From contig JANJGN010000071.1 in the NCBI GenBank assembly GCA_026770705.1, forward strand, positions 2,170,001 through 2,234,000: 64,000 bases of DNA, given 5' to 3'. Below are positions 12,030 to 23,524 of this stretch, piece by piece (position 1 is the first letter of the stretch; each line of letters opens with the position of its first letter). The notes beneath the pieces are model-generated. The model did not search any database. It had not been told where the DNA came from and worked only from the letters and a program-made list of their open reading frames with translations. Both the position numbers and the translations under genes were made by a program. This stretch comes from Isurus oxyrinchus (taxonomy: Eukaryota).

Positions 12030-13530
12030 TGAATAGGAACAGGAGGAGGCCATTCAGCCCCCTCGAACCTGCTACACAGGAACAAGAGGGCACCTGATAC
12101 AAAAACAGAAAATGCTGGAGAAACTGAGTAGGTCTGGCAGCATCTGTGCAGAGATAAACAGAATTAACATTTCGAGTCCGTATGACCCTTCTTCAGTGTC
12201 TCAAAGCAAAAACTCTGTTTCTCTCTCCACAGCTGCTACCAGACCTGCTGAGTTAATGCAGCATTTTCTGTTTTTATTTCAGATTTACAGCATCTGCAGT
12301 ATTTATTTTTAATGACAGGAGGACATTCAGCCTCTTGATCCTGTTACACAGGAACAGCAGGAGGCCATTCAGCCCCCTCGAGCCTGTTACACAGGAACAG
12401 GAGGAGGCACATTCAGCCCCTCGAGCCTGTTACACAGGAACAGGAGGAGGCCCATTCAGCCCCCTCGAGCCTGTTACACAGGAACAGGAAGAGGCCCATT
12501 CAGCCTCTTGATCCTGTTACACAGGAACAGGAGGAGGCCCATTCAGCCCCCTCGAGCTTGTTACACAGGAACAGGAGGAGGCCCATTCATTCCCTCAAGC
12601 CTGTTACACAGGAACAGGAGGAGGACCATTCAGCCACTCAAGCCTGTTACATGAGGACAGGAGAAAGCCCATCAGCCTCTTGAGCCTATTATACAGGAAC
12701 AGGAAAAGGACATTTAGTCCCTCAACACCCTTCCACAGGAACAGGAGAGAGTCTCAGCTCCTCGAGCCTGTTACCCAGGAACAGGAAGAGGACATTCAGT
12801 CTCTCAACCCACTTACACAGGAATAGGAAACCCATTCAGTCCCTCGTGCCTGTTACACAGAAAAAGGAGGAGGCCCATTCTGTTCCCTCGAGCCTGTTAC
12901 ACAGGAACAGGAGGAGGCCCATTCTGTCCCCTTGAGCCTGTTACACAGGTACAGGAGACCCATTCAGCCTCCACAAGCTTGTTACACAGGAACATTAGGG
13001 GCTCCATTTAGCCCCATCAAGCCTGTTGCACAGGAACAGGAGGAGGCCCATTCAGCCACTCAAGCCTGTTAGATAGGAACAGGTGGAGGCCCATTCAGCC
13101 CCATGATGCTGTTACACAGAAACAGGAGGAGGCCCATTCTGTCCCCTTGAACCTGTTACACAGGAACAGGAGGCGGCCCATTCAGACCATCTAACCTGTA
13201 ACACAGGAAAACAAGGAGATCCATTCAGCCTCTTGAGCCTGTTACACAGGAACAGGAGGAGGCCTATTCGGACACTCGAGCCTGTTACACAAGGACAGGG
13301 GGAGGGCATTCAGCACCTGGAGCCTGTTACACAGGAATAGGAGGAGGCACATTCAGCCCTGCCAAAGACTGTTACACAGGAACAGGGGGAGGCTTAATCA
13401 GCCACACAATCATGTCACACTGGAACAGGAGGAGGCCCATTTAGACCCCTCGAGCCTGTTACACAGGAACAGGAGGAGGCCCATTCAAACCCTCGAGCTT
13501 GTTGCATATGAACAGTCGATGGCCCTTCAA
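12030..13530 (+). repeat. Minisatellite of about 42 bp (cctgttacacaggaacaggaggaggcccattcagcccctcgag)n, interrupted by a Penelope-like inverted repeat at about 12095-12310
   Basis: Direct tandem units; the unit resembles the reverse complement of the CR1 3' end (gggctgaatggcctcttcctgttcctgtg at about 50043). Confidence 0.93.
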
Positions 13531-13608
13531 CCACATTATTGGCACGCAAAGGGTTAACAGTTTTCTAACAGTGCGAGGCAAAGAGTTGCTTTCTCACTTG
13601 GTACCAAG

Positions 13609-13749
13609 CACTTCCTCATTTTGACTCACAGTGACACATGCACCCTTTTTAATTAAACACAAATAGGGAGCAGCACAGGAAGAGGTCATTCAGCCCAAGC
13701 AGAGCGTATGGGCAGTTCCTCCCCAGGCGAGCAGTCGGACAGGTCCTGG
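13609..13749 (+). promoter_or_regulatory. Putative promoter (PU.1/ETS ACTTCCTCATT plus AP-1 TGACTCA) and non-coding first exon of gene B
   Basis: Motifs at 13610-13628; strong donor tgg|gtaagt; the same module lies upstream of the leader exons of C and D. Confidence 0.55.
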
Positions 13750-14083
13750 GTAAGTAACGGAACGATTGGAATTCACTTCCACCACCAACACCGTCCTTTG
13801 TTGATGTTGTGACTTTATAAAGACAGATTCCAATGATTGATGCCTTTCAAAGATTTCTACTGATTATTGAGATCTGGGTGTGAGGCTCAAGTCTGTTGTA
13901 CAGAACATCTTTCTAGCTCAAGGGATGAGGGAAGTGCAGAGACATGAGATTTGGGGGCGTCCTGAGGTGGTGAAAGGTGCTATAGAAATGCAAGTCTTTC
14001 ATTGTTTTTCTTTTTCAAGCCTTGTAACTCTCTGCAGAGCACCTATCATCCCACAGAGAATCAAATTAGTCTGTGAAGACATT

Positions 14084-14721
14084 GGGCTGAATTTCCAGCC
14101 TGTCGAGCGGGTGGGCCTGACCCAATCTCCAGCGGGCGGGGAGCCAATCCCCACCGGAGAAGCGGGCCCCGCCGCCATTTTAAGTGGGCGTGCCAATTAA
14201 GGCCCACCCAGCGTGATGTCTAGCGGGAAGCGCTATGCCCTTCCTGTGTGGGCCGGGGGTGGGGGGTGGGTGGTGGGGACATTCCCCAAATGCGAGAGTG
14301 CGCTCTGTCACACATGCGCATGATAAAGCCCACATCACCCTGAGGCTAAGTGCTGCCTCAGGGAGATCGCTGAAAGGTTTTCAAACAATCAAAATAGAAA
14401 AATAAAAAAATCCTCAACATGTCCCCCTCACGTGACAGTGTCACTCAAGATGGGACATGTTAATAAACTGCACCAAAACTTTAATAAACTCTTTTAAAAC
14501 CGACATGAATCCTCGTCCCGCCGGTAGATGAGGTTTCATGTTTTCTCTAGTTGTCGCTGGAGCTCCTGCCCTGCCCACCAGCCTTAAGGTTGGACCGGCA
14601 GGTCGGTTCATTGTTTAAATGTTCCTGTCAATGGCTTCAATTGGCCATTGACAGGTCGGCGGGCCCTCAGCTGAATTCACTGCACCCCTGCCCCCTGCTC
14701 ACCGACAGCGAAACTCTGCCC
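14084..14721. mobile_element. GC-rich non-autonomous DNA transposon (MITE, Harbinger-like)
   Basis: TIRs gggctgaattt / aaactctgccc, 3-bp TSD ATT; the empty site gaagacattgtctaa is present in paralogs C, D and E. Confidence 0.85.
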
Positions 14722-14800
14722 ATTGTCTAAAAGCAGTTCTGATCTCTGGAGAGCTGTCGGACAAGAGGTGAGGTCTCATTAACTCCTTTCTCTTTCACAG

Positions 14801-14872
14801 CTTGAGAGTGAGAAGCTGATGAAATATCTGGGAATGGACAATGATCTTACTTCCTCCTGTCAGTTCTCCAAG
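14801..14872 (+). pseudogene. Gene B leader exon, inactivated
   Basis: 8-nt deletion after the ATG and donor GT mutated to CT (ccaag|ctaata) relative to 19552-19591. Confidence 0.85.
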
Positions 14873-15099
14873 CTAATATCATCGTCAGCTCGGACAGATT
14901 TATGGTTAATAGTCTTTGTAAAAGATCATTCTTATTGAGCTGTGATTGGGAACCGATTCAGCAGTGAGCCAGTGTACAAACTCACACCAAGTCCCATTCA
15001 CCCATCACCCCTGTGATCACTGATATTCACTGACTCCCTGTCTGACAGCAACAGAAAATTAAAATCCAGGTCATCCTGTAGAAATCCCTCCAAAATTTT

Positions 15100-15515
15100 G
15101 CAACTCTCCCTATCCATGTTACCTCCTCCAGCCCATACCAACCTCCCTATCTCTGTAACATCTTCCAGCACATATATTACTCCCTACCTCTGTAACCTTG
15201 CCCTGCTCCTACAATCCTCCCTATCTCAGTAACCTCCTCCAGCCCCTACCACTCTCCCTAACTCTTTAACCAACTCCAGCCCCTATATCCTTCGCTATCT
15301 CTGTTAATTTCTCCAGCCCCTACAAACCTCCCTTTCTCTGTAACCTCGTCCACCATTACAACCCTCCCTATTTCTGTAATCTCCTCCAGTACCTACAACC
15401 CTCCGAGATCTCTGCACTCCTCCAATTCCAGCATCTTGACCATCCCCCGATTCCCATCATTCCATTATTGGCGGCCGTGCCTTCAGCTGCCTGGGCCCCG
15501 AGCTCTGGAATTCAA
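15100..15515 (+). repeat. Degenerate tandem repeat of about 36 bp (acaacctccctatctctgtaacctcctccagcccct) plus a retroposon fragment
   Basis: Recurrent ctctgtaacctcctccagccc motif. Confidence 0.7.
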
Positions 15516-15968
15516 AATCAAAATTCAGGGATGAATTAACTCCAATAGTCCATTCCCTGAGAGGCCATGATTACATCACAGCAGCATTCAGAATAGACAG
15601 AGGGTCCAGCCCTCACACTTCTTGCACAGTTTCACCATAACGAAATGAATTAACTGAAAGGTAAACCGTCAGTGTAGAGAGATGAGATATTTACACAGTT
15701 TCCCTGTGTATCTTGTAGACACTGTGTTGGGTGGAAGACTGGCTTCACTAAACAGGGTCCTGAGGACTATGAGCCAATGTAGAATGAACTTGTCCACTCC
15801 TGTGTCCAGGATTCTCTTCTATCCATTGTGATACATTGGGGAGATCCCTGTGTGTCCTGTAGATGGTCCACACTGCAGCCACTGTGCCCCAGTGATGGAG
15901 GGGGTGGATATCGAGTCTAGTGGATCTACAAACCATCCAGAGTTAAATATTGATATTTCTCTCCCCAG

Positions 15969-16334
15969 TTGGACTGTCACAAGAGTGGAAAGGTGACACT
16001 CCATGAGAGGTGACAGCGCAGGAATATTCGTGTGTACAGATTCCATGTCATTACAGTTATCCATCGTGTCTGGAAAACCAACCACAAATTGGAATCTGGT
16101 TTAATGACAAAGTCCTGATAAGATTCTTTATAGCCTTTCACTCCAAGGATCACAGTCACGAGTTACCACTGTTCCGGCATCGGACCCGGCTGTCTGGAGA
16201 CCTGAAAGATGGTGACTGTTCACTGATTATAAACAACATCAGATGGGAAGATGCAGGACCTTATTTTTTCAGAATAAAATTTGACAATGGTCCAAGCCAT
16301 AACTATTACCCTGTAACCCAGCTTCAAGTTTCTG
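15969..16334 (+). pseudogene. Gene B V-set exon with a premature stop
   Basis: CGA>TGA at 16004-16006; otherwise a Siglec-type V domain (SCVQIPC..W..DCSL..YFFRIK). Confidence 0.9.
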
Positions 16335-16419
16335 GTATGTGCGGTGTTATAATTACTCAACATTCACATTCAACACTCAATGGGAATGAACACAAACTCT
16401 GACGTTTACATAATAACAC

Positions 16420-17467
16420 TGTTATGACATGGCAGGTGATGTGTGCCAGGTGGAGAGAATCCACAAAGGGAACTTGGCCAAGCTACCACAAAGGTTTTGC
16501 CATTTACATTTGTTGAGAGAAGGCTTATGATGTGAATGCATAAGAATTGAGTCCACTAACACCTTTAGATATTTTAAAATTATATTAAGAAATGTATTAA
16601 CAAAAGAAGAAACATTCAAACACATACAGAAGATTACAGTTACTTGATATTAGAACAAATTCCAAAATTTCTCATTAACCTAATTTCCAACTACACACCC
16701 CCTTGAAGGCAACAATCCCAATAAATCTTAAATGGAAATGGGAATCCGGCAAGGTTACTGCAGCACCCACTTGACAGTGTAATTCCAAAGTCTTTTAACA
16801 CACCTATAAGCACTGGAGCAGCAAAAGTGAACAGAAACGTTTTACCTAAAAGGATCCATTCCCTGTCTGTTAGATTTCACAGATAAACCCACGATATTCC
16901 CTGCTGAAATTATTGCAGGCAAGCGTGTTGATGTAAGCTGCACCTTCAACACAACGTGCAATGGAACAGCAGCACCTGTCTTCACCTACTGTACCTTTCA
17001 AGAAATTCATGTCCCCCTCCCACATAACATTCCATCCTTCTTTATGTTGGTTTCTCTCTCTCCAATGTATAAAATCCCATTGTTGCACCTGTCTTGGGAA
17101 ATACACTTTTCCCATAGTATAAAAATCTTTCATGTTGTCAATATGGCCCATTCCTTTTGGGAAGAATACACATAATAACCTTGCCCTGGTTATCTTGTTA
17201 ATTATAAACACCCAACTACCCTTTGACAATCAAACATTCTCTTTACTGATCTAAAATTTCATTTACAGCTTTTCTGTGGAACCCTCATCCTAGCTTGTCC
17301 ATCCCCATTTCAGAAGTCTGCTTTGCACCAAACTCTATTGATAGTTTTAACCTCACAGTTGATCTGACTCGAATTCAATTAAATCAGACCCGCAGACGGA
17401 ACCATCTACATTCATTCCCATAAGCCGACAATATTATTCTGAAAAATATCATAGTTTCATCACAACA
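16420..17467. mobile_element. Solo-LTR-like element (TG...CA) containing a partial copy of the C2a exon at about 16837-16982
   Basis: Ends tgttatgac / atcacaaca; absent from the same intron in A and D; related sequences at 34640-35393, 45560-46511, 52501-53694 and about 62851-63250. Confidence 0.65.
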
Positions 17468-17707
17468 TAAAACACAGTTTAGTATAACGCAGAGTCTGAT
17501 TCTCAATAACCGGGTGATAGCATCCGTTCAGTCCTAAAGCAACCTCTAATACTCACTTTAATATCAATGATTAAATGTATTCAATGTGTCCATCAATGTT
17601 ATCAGGTCATCCACTCCCATCTATCTCTAATCTTAGGGCTGTGATTTCTATTTGAACTGATGCTTCACGTTATATTTCTCTAAAAGGATCCATTCTCTGT
17701 CTGTTAG

Positions 17708-18004
17708 ATTTCACAGATAAACCCACGATATTCCCTGCTGAAATTATTGCAGGAAAGCCTGTGGATGTAAGCTGCACCTTCGACACAACGTGCAATGGAA
17801 CAGCAGCACCTGTCTTAACCTGGGACACTCCCACTGACGTACGTGGATCAGTCTCAAACACTGTAACTCAGCATGGTGTCACTCTGACCTATACTTCTGT
17901 TCTGACCCTGATCCCATCACTCAAACACCATGGACACACACTCAGCTGCAGAGTGAGATATCCATCTGTTTCATCGGAGCGGACCCTCGTACTAACTGTG
18001 CAAG
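17708..18004 (+). pseudogene. Gene B C2-set domain 2 exon (frame intact, gene dead)
   Basis: 297 nt with AG/GT sites, nearly identical to 1283-1579. Confidence 0.85.
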
Positions 18005-18214
18005 GTAAGAACGGACACCCTTCATTATACATTCGCTGGAACAGTCAAGATTACGCTCAGCAGGATCCCATAGAAAGGTATTCTGATGACAATCAGATAA
18101 TCTGTCTTTGAGGGAAAATGGTGACCAGAATACAATTAATAACCGTTTCTGAACATTAACACAGCGGCTTTTATGTCCAGCCAAGGGGCTGATAGAGCAG
18201 AGCAGGAATCTCAA

Positions 18215-18720
18215 TGTACTCACCCCCTGACAGTGCAGCACTCCCTCAGTACTGACCCTCTGAAAGTGCAGCACTCACTCAATACTGAACCTCTGACAGT
18301 ACAACACTCCCTCAGTACTGACCCTCCGACAGTGCAGCGCACTTTCAGTACTGAACCTCCAACAGTACAACACTCCCTCAGTACTGACCCTCCGACAGTG
18401 CGGCACTCCCTGAGGACTGTCCCACCGACAGTGCAGCACTCCATCAGTACTGACCCTCCAACAGCGCAACAATTCCTCAGTACTGTCCCTCTGACAGTGC
18501 AACACTCCCTCAAAACTGTCTCTCCGACAGATTAGCACTCCCTCGATACTGTCCCTCTGACAGTGCAGCACTCCCTCAGTACTGTCCCTCTGACAGTGTA
18601 GCACTCCCTCAGTACTGACCCTCCGACAGTGCTGCACTCCCTCAGTACTGTTCCTCTGACAGTGTAGCACTCCCTCAGTACTGACCCACTGACAGTGCAG
18701 CACTCCCTCAGTACTGACAC
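18215..18720 (+). repeat. 33-bp minisatellite
   Basis: Same unit and same intronic position as in gene A. Confidence 0.95.
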
Positions 18721-18958
18721 TGGGGAATTTCAGTCTACTCTGTGGGGCAGGCATCTGCTGAATGGGGTCTTGAACCCCACAAAATTCTAAAACATACTGA
18801 CTCCCTGAGTTCGGGTGTGAAACCCACTGACCCACAGGAGAAACTCCTGGTCAATGACTGTGCACCTGTGAGCAGAAATATCAACACAGGGTCAGGACAC
18901 AAAGGATTAACAGTTCACCAACATCTCAAAACATGAGCTGCTCTGTCACTTTGAACCA

Positions 18959-19098
18959 ACTTCCTCATTTTGTCTCAAAGTGACACATCCACCCTTTCTC
19001 ATTAAACACACAGAGGGAGCAGCACAGGAAGAGGTCATTCAGCCCAAGCAGAGCGTGTGGGCAGTTCCTCCCCAGGCGAGCAGTCGGACAGGTCCTGG
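18959..19098 (+). promoter_or_regulatory. Putative promoter and first exon of unit C
   Basis: acttcctcatt motif plus a copy of the 85-nt exon with gtaagt donor. Confidence 0.5.
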
Positions 19099-19551
19099 GT
19101 AAGTAACGGAACGATTGGAATTCACTTCCACCACCAACACCGTCCTTTGTTGATGTTGTGACTTTATGAAGACAGATTCCAATGATTGATGCCTTTGAAA
19201 GATTTCCACTGATTATTGAGATCTGGGTGTGAGACTCAAGTCTGTTGTACAGAACATCTTTCTAGCTCAAGGGATGAGGGAACTGTAGATACTTTGGGGT
19301 GTCCTGATGTGGTGAAAAGTGCTATAGAAATGCAAGTCCTTTGTTGTTTTTCATTCTTAAAGCCTTGTAACTCTCTGCAGAACACCTATCATCCCACAGG
19401 GATGATTATTCTGTGAATTATTCTGTGAAGACATTGTCTAAAAGCAGTTCTGATCTCTCGAGAGCTGTTGGACAAGAGGTGAGGTCTCATTAACTCCTTT
19501 CCCTTTCAGAGTTTCAGAGTGAGAAGCTGATGAAATATCTGGGAGTGGATA

Positions 19552-19591
19552 ATGATTGGAAAATCTTACTTCCTCCTGTCACTTCTCCAAG
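19552..19591 (+). CDS. Unit C leader exon (MIGKSYFLLSLLQ), intact; its V exon is truncated after 5 nt at 20453-20457
   Basis: ATG...caag|gtaata; downstream, ctccccag|ttgga runs into repeat-derived sequence. Confidence 0.7.
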
Positions 19592-21972
19592 GTAATATCA
19601 TCGTCAGCTCGGACAGATTTATGGTTAATAGCCTTTGTAAAAGATCATTCTTATTGAGCTGTTATTGGGAACCGATTCAGCAGTGAGCCAGTGTACAAGC
19701 TCACACCAAGTCCCATTCACCCATCACCCCTAAACTATCTGTCTCCTGGTCCTACAACATCTCAAACTTAAAAGTCACATCTCTTTGTTCAAATGCATCC
19801 ATTGCCTCACACTGCCTCCTTATCTCTGTAAGCTCCTGCAACTCTCCCAACCAAAGTCCCAGATCTCTGTGTTACTCCAATTCCGGCCTCTTGACCATCC
19901 CCCGATTCCCATCACTCCAATACTGGCGGCCGGGCCTTCAGCTGCCTGGGGCCTGAGCTCTGGAATTCACTCCCTAAACCTCGGGGATGGGGGAGCTCAG
20001 AGGGTTTCATTTTACTGATAATCACCACGACCACATCACAGCTGCAGTCAGAATAGACAGAGAGTCCAGCCCTCGCACTTCCTGCACAGTTTCACCATAG
20101 CAACCACAATAAGGAAGTAAAATAACTGAAAGTTAAACCGAAGACAAACCAGTCGGTGTAGAGAGATGAGATATTTACACAGTTTCCCTGTGTATCTTGT
20201 AGACACTGTGTTGGGTGGAAGACTGGCTTCACTAAACAGGGTCCTGAGGACCATGAGCCAATGTAGAATGAACTTGTCCACTCCTGTGACCAGGATTCTC
20301 TTCCATCCATTGTGAAACCTTGGGGAGATCCTTGTGTGTCCTGTAGATGGTCCACACTGCAGCCACTGTGCCCCAGTGATGGAGGGGGTGGATATCGAGT
20401 CTATTGGATCTACAAACCATCCAGAGTTAAATATTGATATTTCTCTCCCCAGTTGGAATGTCAGTACTCCCTCAGTACTGCACTGGAGAGTTGGCCTGAA
20501 TTCTGGGATTTGTGTTCCCATTCATATTTATGGAAGAATATGGAAATTACTATTACAGACACTCAGATGCATAGAGGCACTCACAGATACTCTCTGCGTC
20601 TCCAACTCTCTCTCTCCTTTTAATAAGCTTCCTGAAACCTAACTCTTTGACGAATCACCAACCCAACTCTTCCTTATCTGATTCTGTGTGATTTTCTTTG
20701 TGTATCTGAGAGTAAGAGAGAGTTGGAGAGGTTTAGGAAGAGAATTCCTGCTGGTGAAAAGCTTAAATAATGTTCTCACTATTTCCGTGCACATAATTCC
20801 CATTATGTCCAATGCCCCTGTTTATAATGATGACTGCCTATGTAAACGTCACGCTGCAGTTACAGCCTCCCATCAGTGGTGGCATTGTGGCCCTTAATCC
20901 TTGTGTTTCCCAGCTTTCCAAGCAACTCTACTTCCCAGTTTGCTCCACAAGCTGTGAGTTCATCGGAATTCAATTATTTCTCAAACGGTGGATTTGATGT
21001 CATTTTATTGAAAACTTCCTCAGTGCCTCCCTGAAGGGTTTACACTCTCTGGGAAGCAGGAATAGGCTGGATGTTGGGGAGTTCATCTTTTCCCAGAGAG
21101 TAGTGATCCTCGGGAATGTGCTGTCAGTGGGTGTGGTGGTTGCTGTTTCTCTGTCAACTTCAAGAGGGATCTGGAGTGGTTACTGACTGGGGGAGAGATC
21201 ATGGAAGCGGAGAATGGTACAGCACAGGAGGAGGCCATTCAGCCCATGGTGCCTGTGCCAGGTTTTTCAATGTTCTATCCCATCAGATCCACTAACCACC
21301 ACTCCACTTTGCCCCCATCTTCCTCCTTCAAGTGTTTATACAATTCCACTTTTGAAAGTTCCTATTGAATCTGCTTCCACCGCCCTTTCAGGCAGCACCT
21401 TCCAGATCACAACAACTCGCTCTGTCAAAACAAATTCTCCTCATCTCCCCCTCCGGTTCGTCAATCTGTGTCCCTCTGGTTACCGACCCTCCTGCCCCTT
21501 AAATACATCGATCCTGTTCACCTCAACCAATCCCTATGGGAGTGAGTTCCACATTCTCCCCTCTCTCTGGGTAAAGATTGGAACTGTTTATTAAGCGGGG
21601 GGTGTAAGTCCGTGGGGGAGTCCATCTCGATCCTGCCTGATACGCACACATGTCCGAGATGGATTTCCACCCGGCACTAAACGTTTCCAGAATTTTCTAC
21701 GGCACAATCCTGTACACAGCAATAGAGAGAAACATTGGACAGGGAGTCCAACAGCACAATGATCCATTCTCACCAATGTTCCACGCTAAGGGGAAAGTTC
21801 CGATTGTCCACTCTTAGAGTGTTTACAATGAAAACATTCATTCCACATTGAATCCCAGTGGATGGGTCAATATTACAGCAAATGTTGCAGTGATATGAAG
21901 CTTGATTGTTCAGCCAGAGTGAGAGATTGAAAGCGGAGAGTCAGTGATGATTTCTTTCTGTGTGTTCTCCAG

Positions 21973-22112
21973 ACAGTGGAGGAGAGATTCTGCACGTGAT
22001 CCTGATCCTGGGAATACGAGCTGTGATATTCCTTGTGGCTGTGGTTATCACTATCGCTGGAGTCTGTGTCTGGGAGAGACAAACAGTGAAAGGAAGTCGA
22101 CAGACTGTTTGA
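21973..22112 (+). CDS. Activating-type TM/terminal exon: intramembrane Arg, short Tyr-free tail
   Basis: ttctttctgtgtgttctccag|ac; phase-1 frame SGGEILHVILILGIRAVIFLVAVVITIAGVCVWERQTVKGSRQTV*; not in the ORF track. Confidence 0.8.
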
Positions 22113-22224
22113 AGCTTTGTACAGCAACAATCTGGTCAGTCAGTGCGGACAAATAACGTGTGATGTTGTGTTAAGTTGTACTGAAACTGGTCAGTGTCCT
22201 GGTTAGAATCACCTTCGTATCAGA

Positions 22225-22820
22225 GAGGCATTCCAGCACAGTGGGAGACCATTCAGCCCATTGAGTCCATGCTGTCTCTCTGTCGAGCAATCCAGTCAGT
22301 CCCATTCCCCCGCTCTATCCCCGTATCTCTGCAAGTTTATTTCCAAGTATCCATCCAATTTCCTTTTGAAATCGTTCGTCTCCACTTCCACCATCCTCGT
22401 AGGCAGCGAGTTCCAGCTCATTACCACTCGCTGTGTAAAAAAGTTCCTCCTCACATCCCCCTCTGCCCAAAACCTTCAATCTGTGTCCCCCAGTCCTTGT
22501 CCCATCAGCTAATGGCAACAGCTTCTCTTTGTCTACCGTATCTAAACCCATCATCATCTTGTACACCTCGATCAGATCCCCCCTCAATCTCCTTTGCTCC
22601 AAGGAGAACAACCCCAGCTTCTCCAACCCAACCTTGTAGCTAAAATCCCTCATCCCTGGACCCATTCTGCTCAATCTCCTCCCCACCCTCTCAAGGACAC
22701 TCACTTCCTTCCCAAAGTGAGGAGACCAGAACTGGACACAATACTCTAGTTGTGACCTAACCAGAGCTTTATAAATGTTCAGCATAACCTCCCTGTGTTT
22801 GTTCTCAATCCCTCGATTTA
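22225..22820 (-). mobile_element. CR1 LINE 3' fragment
   Basis: YKALVRSQLEYCVQFWSPH...RRLRGDLIEVYK on the minus strand. Confidence 0.9.
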
Positions 22821-23524
22821 TGAAAAGCTTATTCTTTCCATCAGCACAAACAGCAATTTCCAAGCGGACTCCCATCAGCAGACAGAGTGCAATGAAACAT
22901 CGGCATGCCTGCTTCTTAATGTACGGAGAGAAACCTGGAACGAGAGATTCTCCTTCTTCTCCTCAGCAAGCTGAAACTTTTCCTTATACCTGGTGCTCCC
23001 CAGTCCTGCTGTGTGGACACATCATAACCACGGCATTGTCTGGCTGTGTGCAGCCAACATGGTCGAATAGGAATGAACAGAAATGTGACGTTGCTAAACT
23101 CTGTTCTCTGATTGGAATGTGCTTTCTGAATGCTGCACCTTTTTCATGCTGCGATAGATTGTAAGAAGCATTTGTGTTATGAATAAAATTACATTGATTA
23201 ACACAAGTGATTAAAATGCTCAGCCTGTTCTGTAGATATTTACACATAAAATTTCTCATTTTACTGCAAAATCTTGGCTCAAAGACATTACTTCATGTTG
23301 TGACGATTTTCCAATCATGTGAATTATTGTGCCCATCTTTATAATGGAAACTTCCCATGTAAACATGTCACATTGTAGTTAGGCACTCCTGCCATTGGGT
23401 GGTGTGATATCAAAGCTGCCTTGCTGCTCAGAAACAGCGAGAAATATTCCTGTTCTAAATTTGAAGTTAGTGAGACAAAGGCATTCGATGCAATTTTGTG
23501 AAACTTGTACAATGTTCTTTAGAT

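Noticed and set aside
12030-13530. Regular repeats resembling a CRISPR array
   Set aside because: Head-to-tail units without unique spacers, no cas genes, eukaryotic context.
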